From: an uncultured bacterium
Lineage (GTDB): Bacteria; Babelota; Babeliae; Babelales; Vermiphilaceae
Direction: 5' to 3'
Assembly (NCBI GenBank): GCA_963713925.1
Contig: OY970212.1
Location: forward strand, 800,001-864,000
Length of the DNA: 64,000 nt
Shown here: in pieces, positions 40,584 to 50,124 of the stretch
Numbering within the stretch: position 1 is the stretch's first letter
Layout: every line of letters begins with the position of its first letter
The notes under the pieces: generated by a model
What the model saw: only the letters and a program-made list of their open reading frames with translations
Told to the model about the DNA's origin: nothing
Database searches by the model: none
Translations under genes and position numbers: made by a program

Positions 40584-41480
40584 TTACAGCTTCAAAGCAG
40601 CTCGTAAACATGCTGATCGTGCGGATGGATTGCGCTCAAGCTCATCTTCGCTTGCAGTCACCACATGGGGGGTAAGTAGTTTAACCCGACCCAGCGATTC
40701 GGCATCCTTGAAATATTGTTTTACCAAACGATCTTCCAAAGAATGGAAACTAATACACACCAAACGACCTCCAGGAACCAATAGATGCTCAGCCGCCGCC
40801 AAAAATGAGCGTATATTCTCAAGCTCATTATTGACATACATACGAAGCGCTTGAAACACTTGGGTTGCCGGGTGAATATTCTTTTTAAAGGGGACCACTG
40901 ATTCGACAATCTGAGCTAATTGAGCAGTGGTAGTTATAGGCTTTAAAATGCGTGCTTGCACGATTGCCTGCGCTATTTGTCTGCCATTTCTCTCTTGGCC
41001 ATACTCCCAAAAAATTTCGGCCAGCTTCTGCTCAGATGCCTTATTGACCAATTCGGCGGCCGTCACCTTATAATGGGAGGGGGACATTCGCATATCTAAA
41101 GGGGTATCGGTATTAAATGAGAAGCCCTTACGCTCACGAAGCTGCATCTGAGATGTTCCAAAATCTGCCAAAATCCCATCAACAGATTTGATGCCTTCTT
41201 TTTTTGCAATTTTATACAAAAGTGCAAAGTTGCCCCATAATAGTCGCAAACGTTCAGGCCCAAATTCCTCAACTAATTGGTCTCCAAAGGTGTCTAATGA
41301 AATCTGATCCCAATCAAGACCAATGACGCGGCACCCGGGTTCTTTTTCCAAAATGGCTCGCGTGTGGCCGCCTGCCCCGAAGGTGACGTCTAAATAAACT
41401 TTACCGGGCTGTGGATCTAAATAAGTAAGCACTTCATCGACCAACACCGATTTGTGTCCCTGTGACGCGGAAAGTGTCAT
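40584..41480 (-). CDS. rsmH: 16S rRNA C1402 N4-methyltransferase
   Basis: HKSVL, DVTFGAGGHT, PLDMRM, FQALR, SFHSLEDR, NPSARSA. Confidence 0.97.
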   Translation of the reverse strand: MTLSASQGHKSVLVDEVLTYLDPQPGKVYLDVTFGAGGHTRAILEKEPGCRVIGLDWDQISLDTFGDQLVEEFGPERLRLLWGNFALLYKIAKKEGIKSVDGILADFGTSQMQLRERKGFSFNTDTPLDMRMSPSHYKVTAAELVNKASEQKLAEIFWEYGQERNGRQIAQAIVQARILKPITTTAQLAQIVESVVPFKKNIHPATQVFQALRMYVNNELENIRSFLAAAEHLLVPGGRLVCISFHSLEDRLVKQYFKDAESLGRVKLLTPHVVTASEDELERNPSARSACLRAALKL

Positions 41481-41495
41481 GAATTTCCTTGTATA

Positions 41496-42944
41496 CTAAA
41501 GCGATGCCGATTGCACAGAACTTGATTGAACCTCGATATGATCACCTGAATCCGGCCGAGTCAGTGCTTCAACAACCTTATCAAGCTGCATCGCGCGCGA
41601 TCCTTTAAAGAGAATCAGTTTTTCCATATGCGCAAATCGATTATTAATACATTGTAAAGCTGATTGCCAATCCGGGACTACATGAGCAGTCACATGAACC
41701 GGCAAAGCTTCCTGTATCCATTCTACCAGGTTTCCTACTAAAATCACCTCTGTGATGGAAGGAGTCTTTCTGAAAAAACGGCCGATCTGCCGGTGCCAAA
41801 ATGGCCCTGAAGCTCCCAACTCAAGCATGTCAGCAATGACCGCTATCTTACGGTGCGCTGTTTTGATCGATTCAAACGCAGTCAATGCTGATTTAACGCT
41901 CTCTGGGTTTGCATTGTACGCATCGTTAATAATAATATCAGCGCCATTGCGCGCGGACACGCGTTCAAACCGACCTTTAACTGATATCGGCTTTTGCACT
42001 CCCCGCGCTATCACAATGGCAGGAATGCCAAGTAAATGGGCTGCCGATGCGGCGGCTAATATATTGTAGACAAGCCCCTCATGACATTTAGAAAGATGTA
42101 TTGGATATTTTTCATGATAGATGCTCAGCACAAAATCAAGACCATCTCCATTTTTTATGATCCTGCGAGCCTGCACTTGGTTGGTCATTTTCAAGCCGAA
42201 TTTCATGACCGGATGACGATATGAGACTGATTGCAGGAGCGATGTATCTCCGTTAATAACTCCAATGCTGGATGCGGCATAATATTTAAAAATATCTCGC
42301 TTTTCTGCCGCAACACTTTGAATTGATCCAAGCCCTTCCATGTGCGCATGGCCAATTGCAGTGATAATCCCAATCGAGGGTTTAACCAATTCTGCCAATT
42401 GCTCCATTTCTCCGCGCTTGCTAATCCCCATTTCAATAACGGCGCATTCATGAGCCTGCGTAATGGCAAGTATATTTAAAGCAACTCCCAAGCGTGTGTT
42501 CTGATTTGCAAAAGAGCCATACACCTGTTTGCCCGCATCTTTCAAAACTGAAACGAGCAGTTCCTTTGTTGTTGTTTTACCCACTGATCCGGTAATACCA
42601 ACCACGGGAATTGACAATTGAGCTCTCCACGCACGCGCTATGGTAAAGAGCGCTTGCAGCGTATCAGGAACTTCTATAATACAGTGAGAAGGTTCTATAA
42701 CATCTTTATGTTCCACGAGCGCACTCTTTTGTGCTCGATTGAAGAAAAAACCGGCAGCTCCCTTTGCAAGTGCATCTGCGATAAAGCGATGTCCATTGTG
42801 CGTATTTCCTATCAGCGGCACAAATATATCACCTTGTTTAATTGTGCGTGAATCAATGCAAAATGAGAGTGGCCTTAAAAAACCGGACTGAATGATAGTA
42901 CAATCAATAAGAGCTGCTTTTAAAAAATTCTGGTCAAGAAGCAT
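41496..42944 (-). CDS. murF: UDP-MurNAc-tripeptide--D-Ala-D-Ala ligase
   Basis: IDSR, GITGSVGKTTTKE, NDAYNANP, DMLELG, FKGSR. Confidence 0.93.
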   Translation of the reverse strand: MLLDQNFLKAALIDCTIIQSGFLRPLSFCIDSRTIKQGDIFVPLIGNTHNGHRFIADALAKGAAGFFFNRAQKSALVEHKDVIEPSHCIIEVPDTLQALFTIARAWRAQLSIPVVGITGSVGKTTTKELLVSVLKDAGKQVYGSFANQNTRLGVALNILAITQAHECAVIEMGISKRGEMEQLAELVKPSIGIITAIGHAHMEGLGSIQSVAAEKRDIFKYYAASSIGVINGDTSLLQSVSYRHPVMKFGLKMTNQVQARRIIKNGDGLDFVLSIYHEKYPIHLSKCHEGLVYNILAAASAAHLLGIPAIVIARGVQKPISVKGRFERVSARNGADIIINDAYNANPESVKSALTAFESIKTAHRKIAVIADMLELGASGPFWHRQIGRFFRKTPSITEVILVGNLVEWIQEALPVHVTAHVVPDWQSALQCINNRFAHMEKLILFKGSRAMQLDKVVEALTRPDSGDHIEVQSSSVQSASL

Positions 42945-43154
42945 GCTAATTCTCCGTTTTCATTGCTGAAAAAATGCTTACTTTTATTTCACATAATTTA
43001 ATACATTACATAATATGTTGCAGAAAAAATGTCTTGTTTTTTTTTATTTGTCAAGCAATCTCATTGCATAAAAACTTTCGTGTTGACAGAAGACATCGTT
43101 ACTTTGTATGATTTTTTTAAAAAAAAGAGATGAAAAATTTCAGGAAACCAATCT

Positions 43155-43700
43155 ATGAAAACTATTTTGTTTTTGATCCTTGCAACATTTTGTTTTAATT
43201 CAAAGTGCGCAGATCAACCGAACGATAGCAGGATACTTACGCACCTCACCTTTGCTCACAGTTTTGATCATTTCAATAAAAAAATATCAGATGATCGCCA
43301 CATTATTGATAACGATGCATCAAATGTAAAAACGCATGCTGTTATCGCTCAGATGAAAGCTCTTGATTTGACAAAAGACCCTCGCTCGCTTGCATTTACT
43401 ATTCTGATTGATTCAAGTGGTGAAAAATTAGAAATAAGAAAGTTTTTCGGCATTGAAACCTTTGAGACTGAGAGCCCTACCATAAATGGAGATTCCAAAC
43501 TTATTTTCTTGCAAAAGCATATCGGAAAAGCTCTTGCAAAAGGAAATTGCAGAATCAAAATTGTAGCAGATAATACGCAAGCTTTTACCTTATTCTCAAC
43601 GGCAGTGCTGAAAGCTATTTTCAATGATATAAATCCAGAAATTGTAGATCTTGCCATGAATATTACTAAGGATATTCGAGAACAACATACACCCAATTAA
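43155..43700 (+). CDS. Hypothetical secreted protein
   Basis: MKTILFLILATFCFNSKC signal. Confidence 0.7.
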   Translation: MKTILFLILATFCFNSKCADQPNDSRILTHLTFAHSFDHFNKKISDDRHIIDNDASNVKTHAVIAQMKALDLTKDPRSLAFTILIDSSGEKLEIRKFFGIETFETESPTINGDSKLIFLQKHIGKALAKGNCRIKIVADNTQAFTLFSTAVLKAIFNDINPEIVDLAMNITKDIREQHTPN

Positions 43701-45976
43701 TGCACAACCTTGCGCATCTTGCCGCCATTGCTTGGTAAAATTCGGCCTTGTTGTTCAAGCTGTTCCATAATGCGAGCAGATCTGTTGTAACCAATTCGGA
43801 ATCTACGCTGGAGCAATGAAATAGAAACTTCGTCAATGGTGGCCAAAAAGCTGGTAATTTCTCCCATCATATCATCGAGCGGTTCATCACTTTCCATTGC
43901 CGCCTGATCGAGAATACTTTCATCAATATACTGCGGTTGCCCTTGAGACCGAATGTGCGAAACAATAGTTTGAATTTCTTTGTCTGATACGTAGGCGCCA
44001 TGCGCGCGTCGTAACCCCGTCCCTGATGCATCTAAAAAGAGCATATCTCCTTTTCCCAATAATTTTTCTGCTCCGGTGACATCCAATATTGTTCGCGAAT
44101 CGACTTTTGAAGTGACGCGAAATGAAATACGGCTTGGGAAGTTAACTTTAATAAGGCCCGTGATAACATCTACCGACGGCCGCTGTGTTGCCACAATCAT
44201 ATGAATACCGGCGGCACGCGCCATCTGAGCAATGCGGGTGATTAAATCTTCAACATCTTTGCCCGCCGTCATCATTAAATCGGCAAGTTCATCAATAATA
44301 ACTACAATAAAAGGAAGCGTTTCTTTGCCATACTGCGCGTGAAAATCAAAAATATTGCGTGCGCCCTTTTTGGCCATCAAATCATATCGTTGTTCCATTT
44401 CATGAATAATGTAACGTAGTATTGGCGCAACTTTTTTAACATCAGTCACAATGGGAAACATGAGATGTCCAATGTCAGCATAGGGCGCAAATTCAAGACG
44501 CTTTGGATCAATGAGCACAAGCCGCATCTCTTGCGGGCTGCAACGACACAACAAGCTGATCAACATTCCGTTTAAAGCGACCGATTTTCCTGACCCGGTT
44601 GATCCAGCAACAAGCAAATGGGGCATCTTACCCAAATCAACTACAATTGGATGCGCTAATGTATCTTGTCCGATCACCAGCGGGAGTTGCAGATTTCCTC
44701 TGGTGAAACTATCAGATCGAATAATAGAACCAAATTGCACTGATTTTCGGGTGCTATTTGCAACTTCAAAACCAACAAAACTGGTGCCCGGAATGGGGGC
44801 AATGATCCGGATACTCAGCGCCTGCAGTGCGAGCGCTAGATCATCTTCGAGTGCAAGAATTTTACTTAATTTTGAATCGATTGACGGCTGGTATTCAAAG
44901 ACGGTAACGACTGGGCCTCGTTTTATCGCGCTCACTTTGCCTGAAACGCCAAATCGTTCAAGCTTTTGTTCAAGCAACCGCGCGCGCATTTCAAGTTCTT
45001 TGGTGATTGTTTTATCGTCAGCTTGATCTTTGTCCGCGACAAAGATATCAAGACTCGGCGCACAGTAGTCATCAGCAGCATGGGATGTTTGCACATTCTT
45101 TTCTTCTGATGGTATAGGCTGTTGAACGGCAGTTAATTTCCTTTTTTCAACATCTAAAACTGCCCCCTTGACATCAATAGCAATCGGCTGTTCTTGATTA
45201 TGAATCCTCATATCACCAAAATTACCATACTCGACTTCAAAGAGGTCTCGCTCTTTATTTTCAAAAAATCTTCCTTTCACCATCGATGACACAGAATGGC
45301 ATATCCATCGTGCGGCATAGAAAATCATCACACAGAGCCGAGCAATGGCACGATAGATTTTTTTCCATATCCTATGCGCAACGAGATATCGCACACATTC
45401 AACGCATTTCTGCACCAAGAAGAGCATTTCTCTGCGCGTAACAATGAGTGCACTCACTGCAAATCCGGTCATAATGAATAGTTTCTCAAATTGTTCGCCA
45501 ATAAAAGCACGAATCATAAAAAGAACACTCTGACCCACGATCCCACCCGGATTTATTTGACTAAAAAGATCCGCTTGAAATGCAGCCGCACAACTGGCAG
45601 TAAAAATAACAAGAAAAATCGAGGCAATGGCGTGATCAAGATCATCAAAAAACCGCTGTTTATGATATTGTTTCCAGCCACAATCAAACAGCAATAAACA
45701 CAGTGGAACTGCTCCTGCCCCGAAGAAAAAGAGGAGAATCGGGCCCGCTTGAAATAAAATAGTTTCGATGATGCTATTGGCACGTATCGCGTCAGTTGCT
45801 TTATAAAAAAAGCTTTGATGATCAGCACGATAGACCAATAAGGAAAGTGTGCAGATCATGCCAAGCAAGAAAAATAAAACTGTTTTAACTACTGCCAAGC
45901 GCGAGCCGCGCTGATATCTAATATCACGTTTTGAAAGCATAAAATTACCCCAAACTACATTTATACTTCGCACCAT
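43697..45976 (-). CDS. ftsK: DNA translocase FtsK/SpoIIIE
   Basis: 4TM N-terminus, MPHLLVAGSTGSGKSV, IDELADLMM, ATQRPSVDV, gamma domain LLQRRFRIGYNRSAR; start may be 45940. Confidence 0.97.
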   Translation of the reverse strand: MVRSINVVWGNFMLSKRDIRYQRGSRLAVVKTVLFFLLGMICTLSLLVYRADHQSFFYKATDAIRANSIIETILFQAGPILLFFFGAGAVPLCLLLFDCGWKQYHKQRFFDDLDHAIASIFLVIFTASCAAAFQADLFSQINPGGIVGQSVLFMIRAFIGEQFEKLFIMTGFAVSALIVTRREMLFLVQKCVECVRYLVAHRIWKKIYRAIARLCVMIFYAARWICHSVSSMVKGRFFENKERDLFEVEYGNFGDMRIHNQEQPIAIDVKGAVLDVEKRKLTAVQQPIPSEEKNVQTSHAADDYCAPSLDIFVADKDQADDKTITKELEMRARLLEQKLERFGVSGKVSAIKRGPVVTVFEYQPSIDSKLSKILALEDDLALALQALSIRIIAPIPGTSFVGFEVANSTRKSVQFGSIIRSDSFTRGNLQLPLVIGQDTLAHPIVVDLGKMPHLLVAGSTGSGKSVALNGMLISLLCRCSPQEMRLVLIDPKRLEFAPYADIGHLMFPIVTDVKKVAPILRYIIHEMEQRYDLMAKKGARNIFDFHAQYGKETLPFIVVIIDELADLMMTAGKDVEDLITRIAQMARAAGIHMIVATQRPSVDVITGLIKVNFPSRISFRVTSKVDSRTILDVTGAEKLLGKGDMLFLDASGTGLRRAHGAYVSDKEIQTIVSHIRSQGQPQYIDESILDQAAMESDEPLDDMMGEITSFLATIDEVSISLLQRRFRIGYNRSARIMEQLEQQGRILPSNGGKMRKVVH

Positions 45977-46067
45977 AATCTACGAAGTTAATTCCGTTCG
46001 GGGGCCCCGGAAAATGGCGGACAAGCCGCCGAACTCAAAAAAATTATGACCGGTTCCCGAACCTTCT

Positions 46068-46853
46068 TTATTTCAGTAGTAGCAAAAAGGAGATACATAT
46101 TGGAATAATCATATAGAAAGCAAATCGTTTCCATTGTTTTTGATACGCCCATTGCTCGCTCAAGCAAAACAATTGATATGAAATGATTGTTGCAAACAAA
46201 CAAACAGATGCCACTGAGGGGTCTAGCAAGGGTTCAATGATAGATACTCCATTCTTTTTATAAAGAATGTGCGCCAACGATCCAATAATGAGCGGGACTT
46301 GAATTGAAAAGCATGTTTCAAATGCTGTGCGATGAGTAGCGCCCAACAAGCGTGCAGTAGCATACGTGGTTGCGAATCGAGAAATGCCGGGCACGAGCGC
46401 AATCGCTTGCGTTAACCCTAACAAAATATAGTAAATCAGCGAGAGCTGTTGCTTTTTTCCTTGCGGAATATAATCAGCTGAAAAAAGAATAATCGCAGTG
46501 AGAACAAATCCATAGGGCAAAAATTGATCAAAATTATATCGCGCAAAAAAAGAAAAATAGAATGCTGCCGTAACAAAACTGGCAAGCCCGTTTTTTATCA
46601 ACAGGCGTAGAATCAATCGATGAGTTCGAATCGGATGCATTAGAAATGTTTTTAATCGATTTCGAAAAAAAAATGCTAGAATGCACAGCTCAAACACATG
46701 CAGCGCGTGGCTCATATCATGTAAAAATCCTCTTTCTGAGGAACGCGCGCGTGAATGATCAAACAGTTTCTCAAACAACAACTGATGCCCGGAACTACTG
46801 AGCGGCAGGGATTCAATACATATTTGAATAATGATCCAAAAAAGATATAACAT
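46068..46853 (-). CDS. uppP: Undecaprenyl-diphosphate phosphatase
   Basis: ESLPLSSSGH and PGISR motifs. Confidence 0.85.
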   Translation of the reverse strand: MLYLFWIIIQICIESLPLSSSGHQLLFEKLFDHSRARSSERGFLHDMSHALHVFELCILAFFFRNRLKTFLMHPIRTHRLILRLLIKNGLASFVTAAFYFSFFARYNFDQFLPYGFVLTAIILFSADYIPQGKKQQLSLIYYILLGLTQAIALVPGISRFATTYATARLLGATHRTAFETCFSIQVPLIIGSLAHILYKKNGVSIIEPLLDPSVASVCLFATIISYQLFCLSEQWAYQKQWKRFAFYMIIPICISFLLLLK

Positions 46854-46877
46854 ATGGCTCCGTTGATTTTTTGCAAA

Positions 46878-47067
46878 CGTTCGAATGGTTCGGCTTCGTT
46901 TCACTCCGCTCACCACGAACGTGGATTTTGCTATGAGCCGATCCTTTTAAATTTTTCCGTTTTACCCAATGCTCACGCATGAGACCTGGTCGTTTCACCC
47001 ATGCTAGCGCACGGGGCCCTGAGTTCGTGGTGAGCGAAGCATCATGAAGTCAAACCATGCGAACGGG
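46878..47067. mobile_element. MITE/REP-like element, copy 2
   Basis: About 45-bp inverted ends and an internal CCGTTTTACCCA...CGCA segment shared with 10381-10653. Confidence 0.7.
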
Positions 47068-47351
47068 CCACGCGCACAGGCGTGTATAAAACAGCTAAGC
47101 GAGAGATTTGGTTGCATGTTGATATGACACAAGTTCTGTGATATCAAAACTTAACGGAATCTAGCATACTGAAAAAGCTTCATTTTTTTAATCAAACCTT
47201 TTCTTTCTAAAGTCGCAACCATTTTAGCCCCAATCTACGCTTTCGCTACGATCGGGGGCCCCGATCGTTAAAAAAAGTGCCAATTTAAAGTTTTTTAGGT
47301 TGCCTGTCCCAGGCGTATTTTTGAAAATCGAAAAAAGTTTAAATATATATA

Positions 47352-47379
47352 TTGACTTCATTCGATCAATGTGTAAGAT
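47352..47379 (+). promoter_or_regulatory. Putative sigma70 promoter of the Cys-rich array (TTGACT-N16-TAAGAT)
   Basis: Near-consensus boxes with a TG extension. Confidence 0.5.
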
Positions 47380-47431
47380 TCATTTTTGAACATTAAATGA
47401 GTAGCCAAGCAATGATCAAGGGAGTACCGCT

Positions 47432-47533
47432 ATGAAGCACATTTCATTCTACACGCCCACACACATAGTACATTCTCACTCACACTCTATTTCCCCATCC
47501 ATTGCACCTCGTTTGCATACTCTTTCTCATTAA
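47432..47533 (+). CDS. Possible 33-aa His/Ser-rich leader peptide
   Basis: GGGAG RBS; MKHISFYTPTHIVHSHSHSISPSIAPRLHTLSH. Confidence 0.35.
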   Translation: MKHISFYTPTHIVHSHSHSISPSIAPRLHTLSH

Positions 47534-47678
47534 ATAACTCGCGATATCTTGTTAGTCATTTAAAAAATTATATAACGATATGAAAGGAGAAAGCTGACCC
47601 CATATATACTATTCAAATAAATTCCAAATTAATGGAGGATGTAAGTGAATGAAAAAATCTTTAAGGAGTTGTTTTATT

Positions 47679-49673
47679 ATGAAACAAATACTCAGAAAAT
47701 TGAGCCTCGTTGCTCTTTTGAGCGTTTGTACATTCGTCGGAGTGACATCCGCTCGAGTAGTACAACGTTCTCAAACCGTTGATGGTGCGCGTAACTTAGC
47801 TGGCTGGACCAATCATATCAACTTGTTTGATATGGGCGGATTCTACGGCAGCTTTGCTATAACCCCCGAATATACTCATTCGTTCCGTGGTGAACGCCTT
47901 GCTGAAAATGTATTCCCGACAAACGGAGCATTAGGCTTCTGCGGACTCACCAGCCCTGCAGTTTGCAACACAGTAAACACCGGAGTCAATAATGGCTGCA
48001 ACACAGACTGTAATAAAAGATGCGGCGAATTTTTGGTACAAGGTAAAAACGTTGTAAATCGTGCGCCAAATGCTCTTCTTGGTGACTACGCTGGGCTTCC
48101 AAGCGATTACAGCTCAGTTGTAACAGTGTGTCCAAAAATCCAAAACTTCTTGGTTGACTTCAACTTGTTCCTCGGACTCGATGAGTGGCTTTGCGGAGCT
48201 TGGTTCCGTATTCATGCACCAGTTGTGTATGCAAAATGGAATCTCGACTACAATGAAACCAAAGTTTCAGGATCAGGCGTAGCTGGCTATCCAGCTGGTT
48301 ATTTTGCACCTGCTGCAGTCCCAGTTGCTCAATTGAACCCAACCTTTGGTGCATACCTTGCAGGCGGAGTTCCAACATTGAACAACGGTGTTGTTTTTGA
48401 ACCACTATCAAACAGCAAATTGTGCGGATTTAACTCATCTGCAACATCATCATGCAAAAATGACTGCTCATCAAACAGCCGTCACAGAACCTTGCTTTCA
48501 GACATTGAGTTCGCTTTTGGCTGGAACTTCTGGCAAGATGAAGACTACCATCTTGGTCTTGGTTTAGTTGTTCGTGCTCCTACAGGAAACCGTATCAATG
48601 ATACATTCTTGTTTGAACCGATCATTGGTAACGGACACCACTGGGAACTTGGTGGCTTGATCACATCCCACTACACTTTCTGGAGAAGCTGTGATTACGA
48701 TCAAAGCTTAGGTCTCTATGTTGATGCGTGGATTACCCACTTGTTCAAAACAACACAATGGCGTTCATTTGATTTGACTGCAAGCCGCGGACTCAACAAC
48801 CGCTATATGCTTGCTGAACAATTCACAACCGCTAACGTTACCGTAGGCGGAGCAGGAGCAGGAAATGTTGCCAGCGCGCAATTTGATGGTATCTACTCTC
48901 CGGTAGCCAATCTTACTTTCCAAGGTGTGAGAGTAAGTGTTCCAGTACAAGCAGATGTAGTTGCTATGTTCAACTACACCAACTGCGCATGGACATGGGA
49001 TCTTGGTTACAACTTCTGGGGCACAAGCTGTGAGAAGATTGAAACCTGCAGAAACAATATCTTGACTGGTCAAAATTGGGCACTCAAAGGTGATGCAAGC
49101 ACATACGGATTCAGCGGAACTTCACCTGTCCTATTCACTGCGCTCAGTGCAACTGAAACAGGAACATGCGCTGCTCCACTCGCAACCATCTGCTCAGGAA
49201 CCAATGGAGTTGCAATAACCAACCCTGGTGTTGACAATGCGGTTCCCGCATTTATACAACCGGCTGGAACTGTTGCATTACTCGCTGCAGCAGGCGGAGC
49301 CGCAATTGATACTTCGCTTAACCCGGTATTATTAACCGATGCTGATATCGATTATTGCAGCAACCGTGCTAAAGGTTTGACCCACAAAATATTCACTCAC
49401 TTCGCATATACATGGGAAGAGTGTGACTGCTATATCCCTTACCTAGGTATCGGTGGATTTGCTGAATTTGCACAAAAGAGCAACCGTTGCGACAACGATT
49501 GCAACACAAACTCTTGCAATACCAACTCCTGTAATACAAATTCATGCAATCTCAACACAAACTCTTGCAATACAGGATCATGTGGCACATCAACCAACAA
49601 TAACAACTCATGCCACAACGGTGCATTCTCTCAATGGGGTATTTGGCTTAAAGGCGGCGTGTCTTTTAACTAA
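47679..49673 (+). CDS. Cys-rich exported putative outer-membrane protein, paralogue 1
   Basis: AGGAG RBS, signal peptide, RSQ start motif, GNGHHWELG, C-terminal QWGIWLKGGVSFN. Confidence 0.85.
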   Translation: MKQILRKLSLVALLSVCTFVGVTSARVVQRSQTVDGARNLAGWTNHINLFDMGGFYGSFAITPEYTHSFRGERLAENVFPTNGALGFCGLTSPAVCNTVNTGVNNGCNTDCNKRCGEFLVQGKNVVNRAPNALLGDYAGLPSDYSSVVTVCPKIQNFLVDFNLFLGLDEWLCGAWFRIHAPVVYAKWNLDYNETKVSGSGVAGYPAGYFAPAAVPVAQLNPTFGAYLAGGVPTLNNGVVFEPLSNSKLCGFNSSATSSCKNDCSSNSRHRTLLSDIEFAFGWNFWQDEDYHLGLGLVVRAPTGNRINDTFLFEPIIGNGHHWELGGLITSHYTFWRSCDYDQSLGLYVDAWITHLFKTTQWRSFDLTASRGLNNRYMLAEQFTTANVTVGGAGAGNVASAQFDGIYSPVANLTFQGVRVSVPVQADVVAMFNYTNCAWTWDLGYNFWGTSCEKIETCRNNILTGQNWALKGDASTYGFSGTSPVLFTALSATETGTCAAPLATICSGTNGVAITNPGVDNAVPAFIQPAGTVALLAAAGGAAIDTSLNPVLLTDADIDYCSNRAKGLTHKIFTHFAYTWEECDCYIPYLGIGGFAEFAQKSNRCDNDCNTNSCNTNSCNTNSCNLNTNSCNTGSCGTSTNNNNSCHNGAFSQWGIWLKGGVSFN

Positions 49674-49745
49674 TCCCAAAGTCGTATAAAAGTCCAAGAC
49701 GTATTCACGTTTTGGGAACAAAAAAACGACAAAACTAGTACTTAA

Positions 49746-49775
49746 AGGCTCGGAGAAATCCGGGCCTTTATTTTT
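49746..49775 (+). terminator. Terminator after paralogue 1
   Basis: AAGGCTCGGA-GAAA-TCCGGGCCTT-ATTTTT. Confidence 0.75.
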
Positions 49776-49985
49776 ACCCCCGCCTACCTTCATAGAACCA
49801 TGGCCGCGTGCGGCGAAGCTTCAGCGAAGACGTACGCAACTGACAAGTTCCACCTCGTACTTCGTACTGCTGCGGCGAGGTAGTATCGTTACACTTGGAG
49901 CCATAAATGCGCCAAAATATCGCCTCTATTTCAGTTTCGGTTTGTCCTGCGGTGAAAATATTTTTCAAAATAATATCACACACAC

Positions 49986-50015
49986 TAGACAAATCATTTT
50001 TAGTTTTTATAGAAT
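49986..50015 (+). promoter_or_regulatory. Putative promoter of paralogue 2 (TAGACA-N18-TAGAAT)
   Basis: Conserved with 52267-52296. Confidence 0.55.
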
Positions 50016-50124
50016 AACCATCAATACGACTTACTATGATTATGTAACAGGGAGGAGAAAGTAAAACAGAACGTAAAAAAAGATAATGATGAAGTTTAAT
50101 AACACCCATAAAAGGAGTGAGTTT

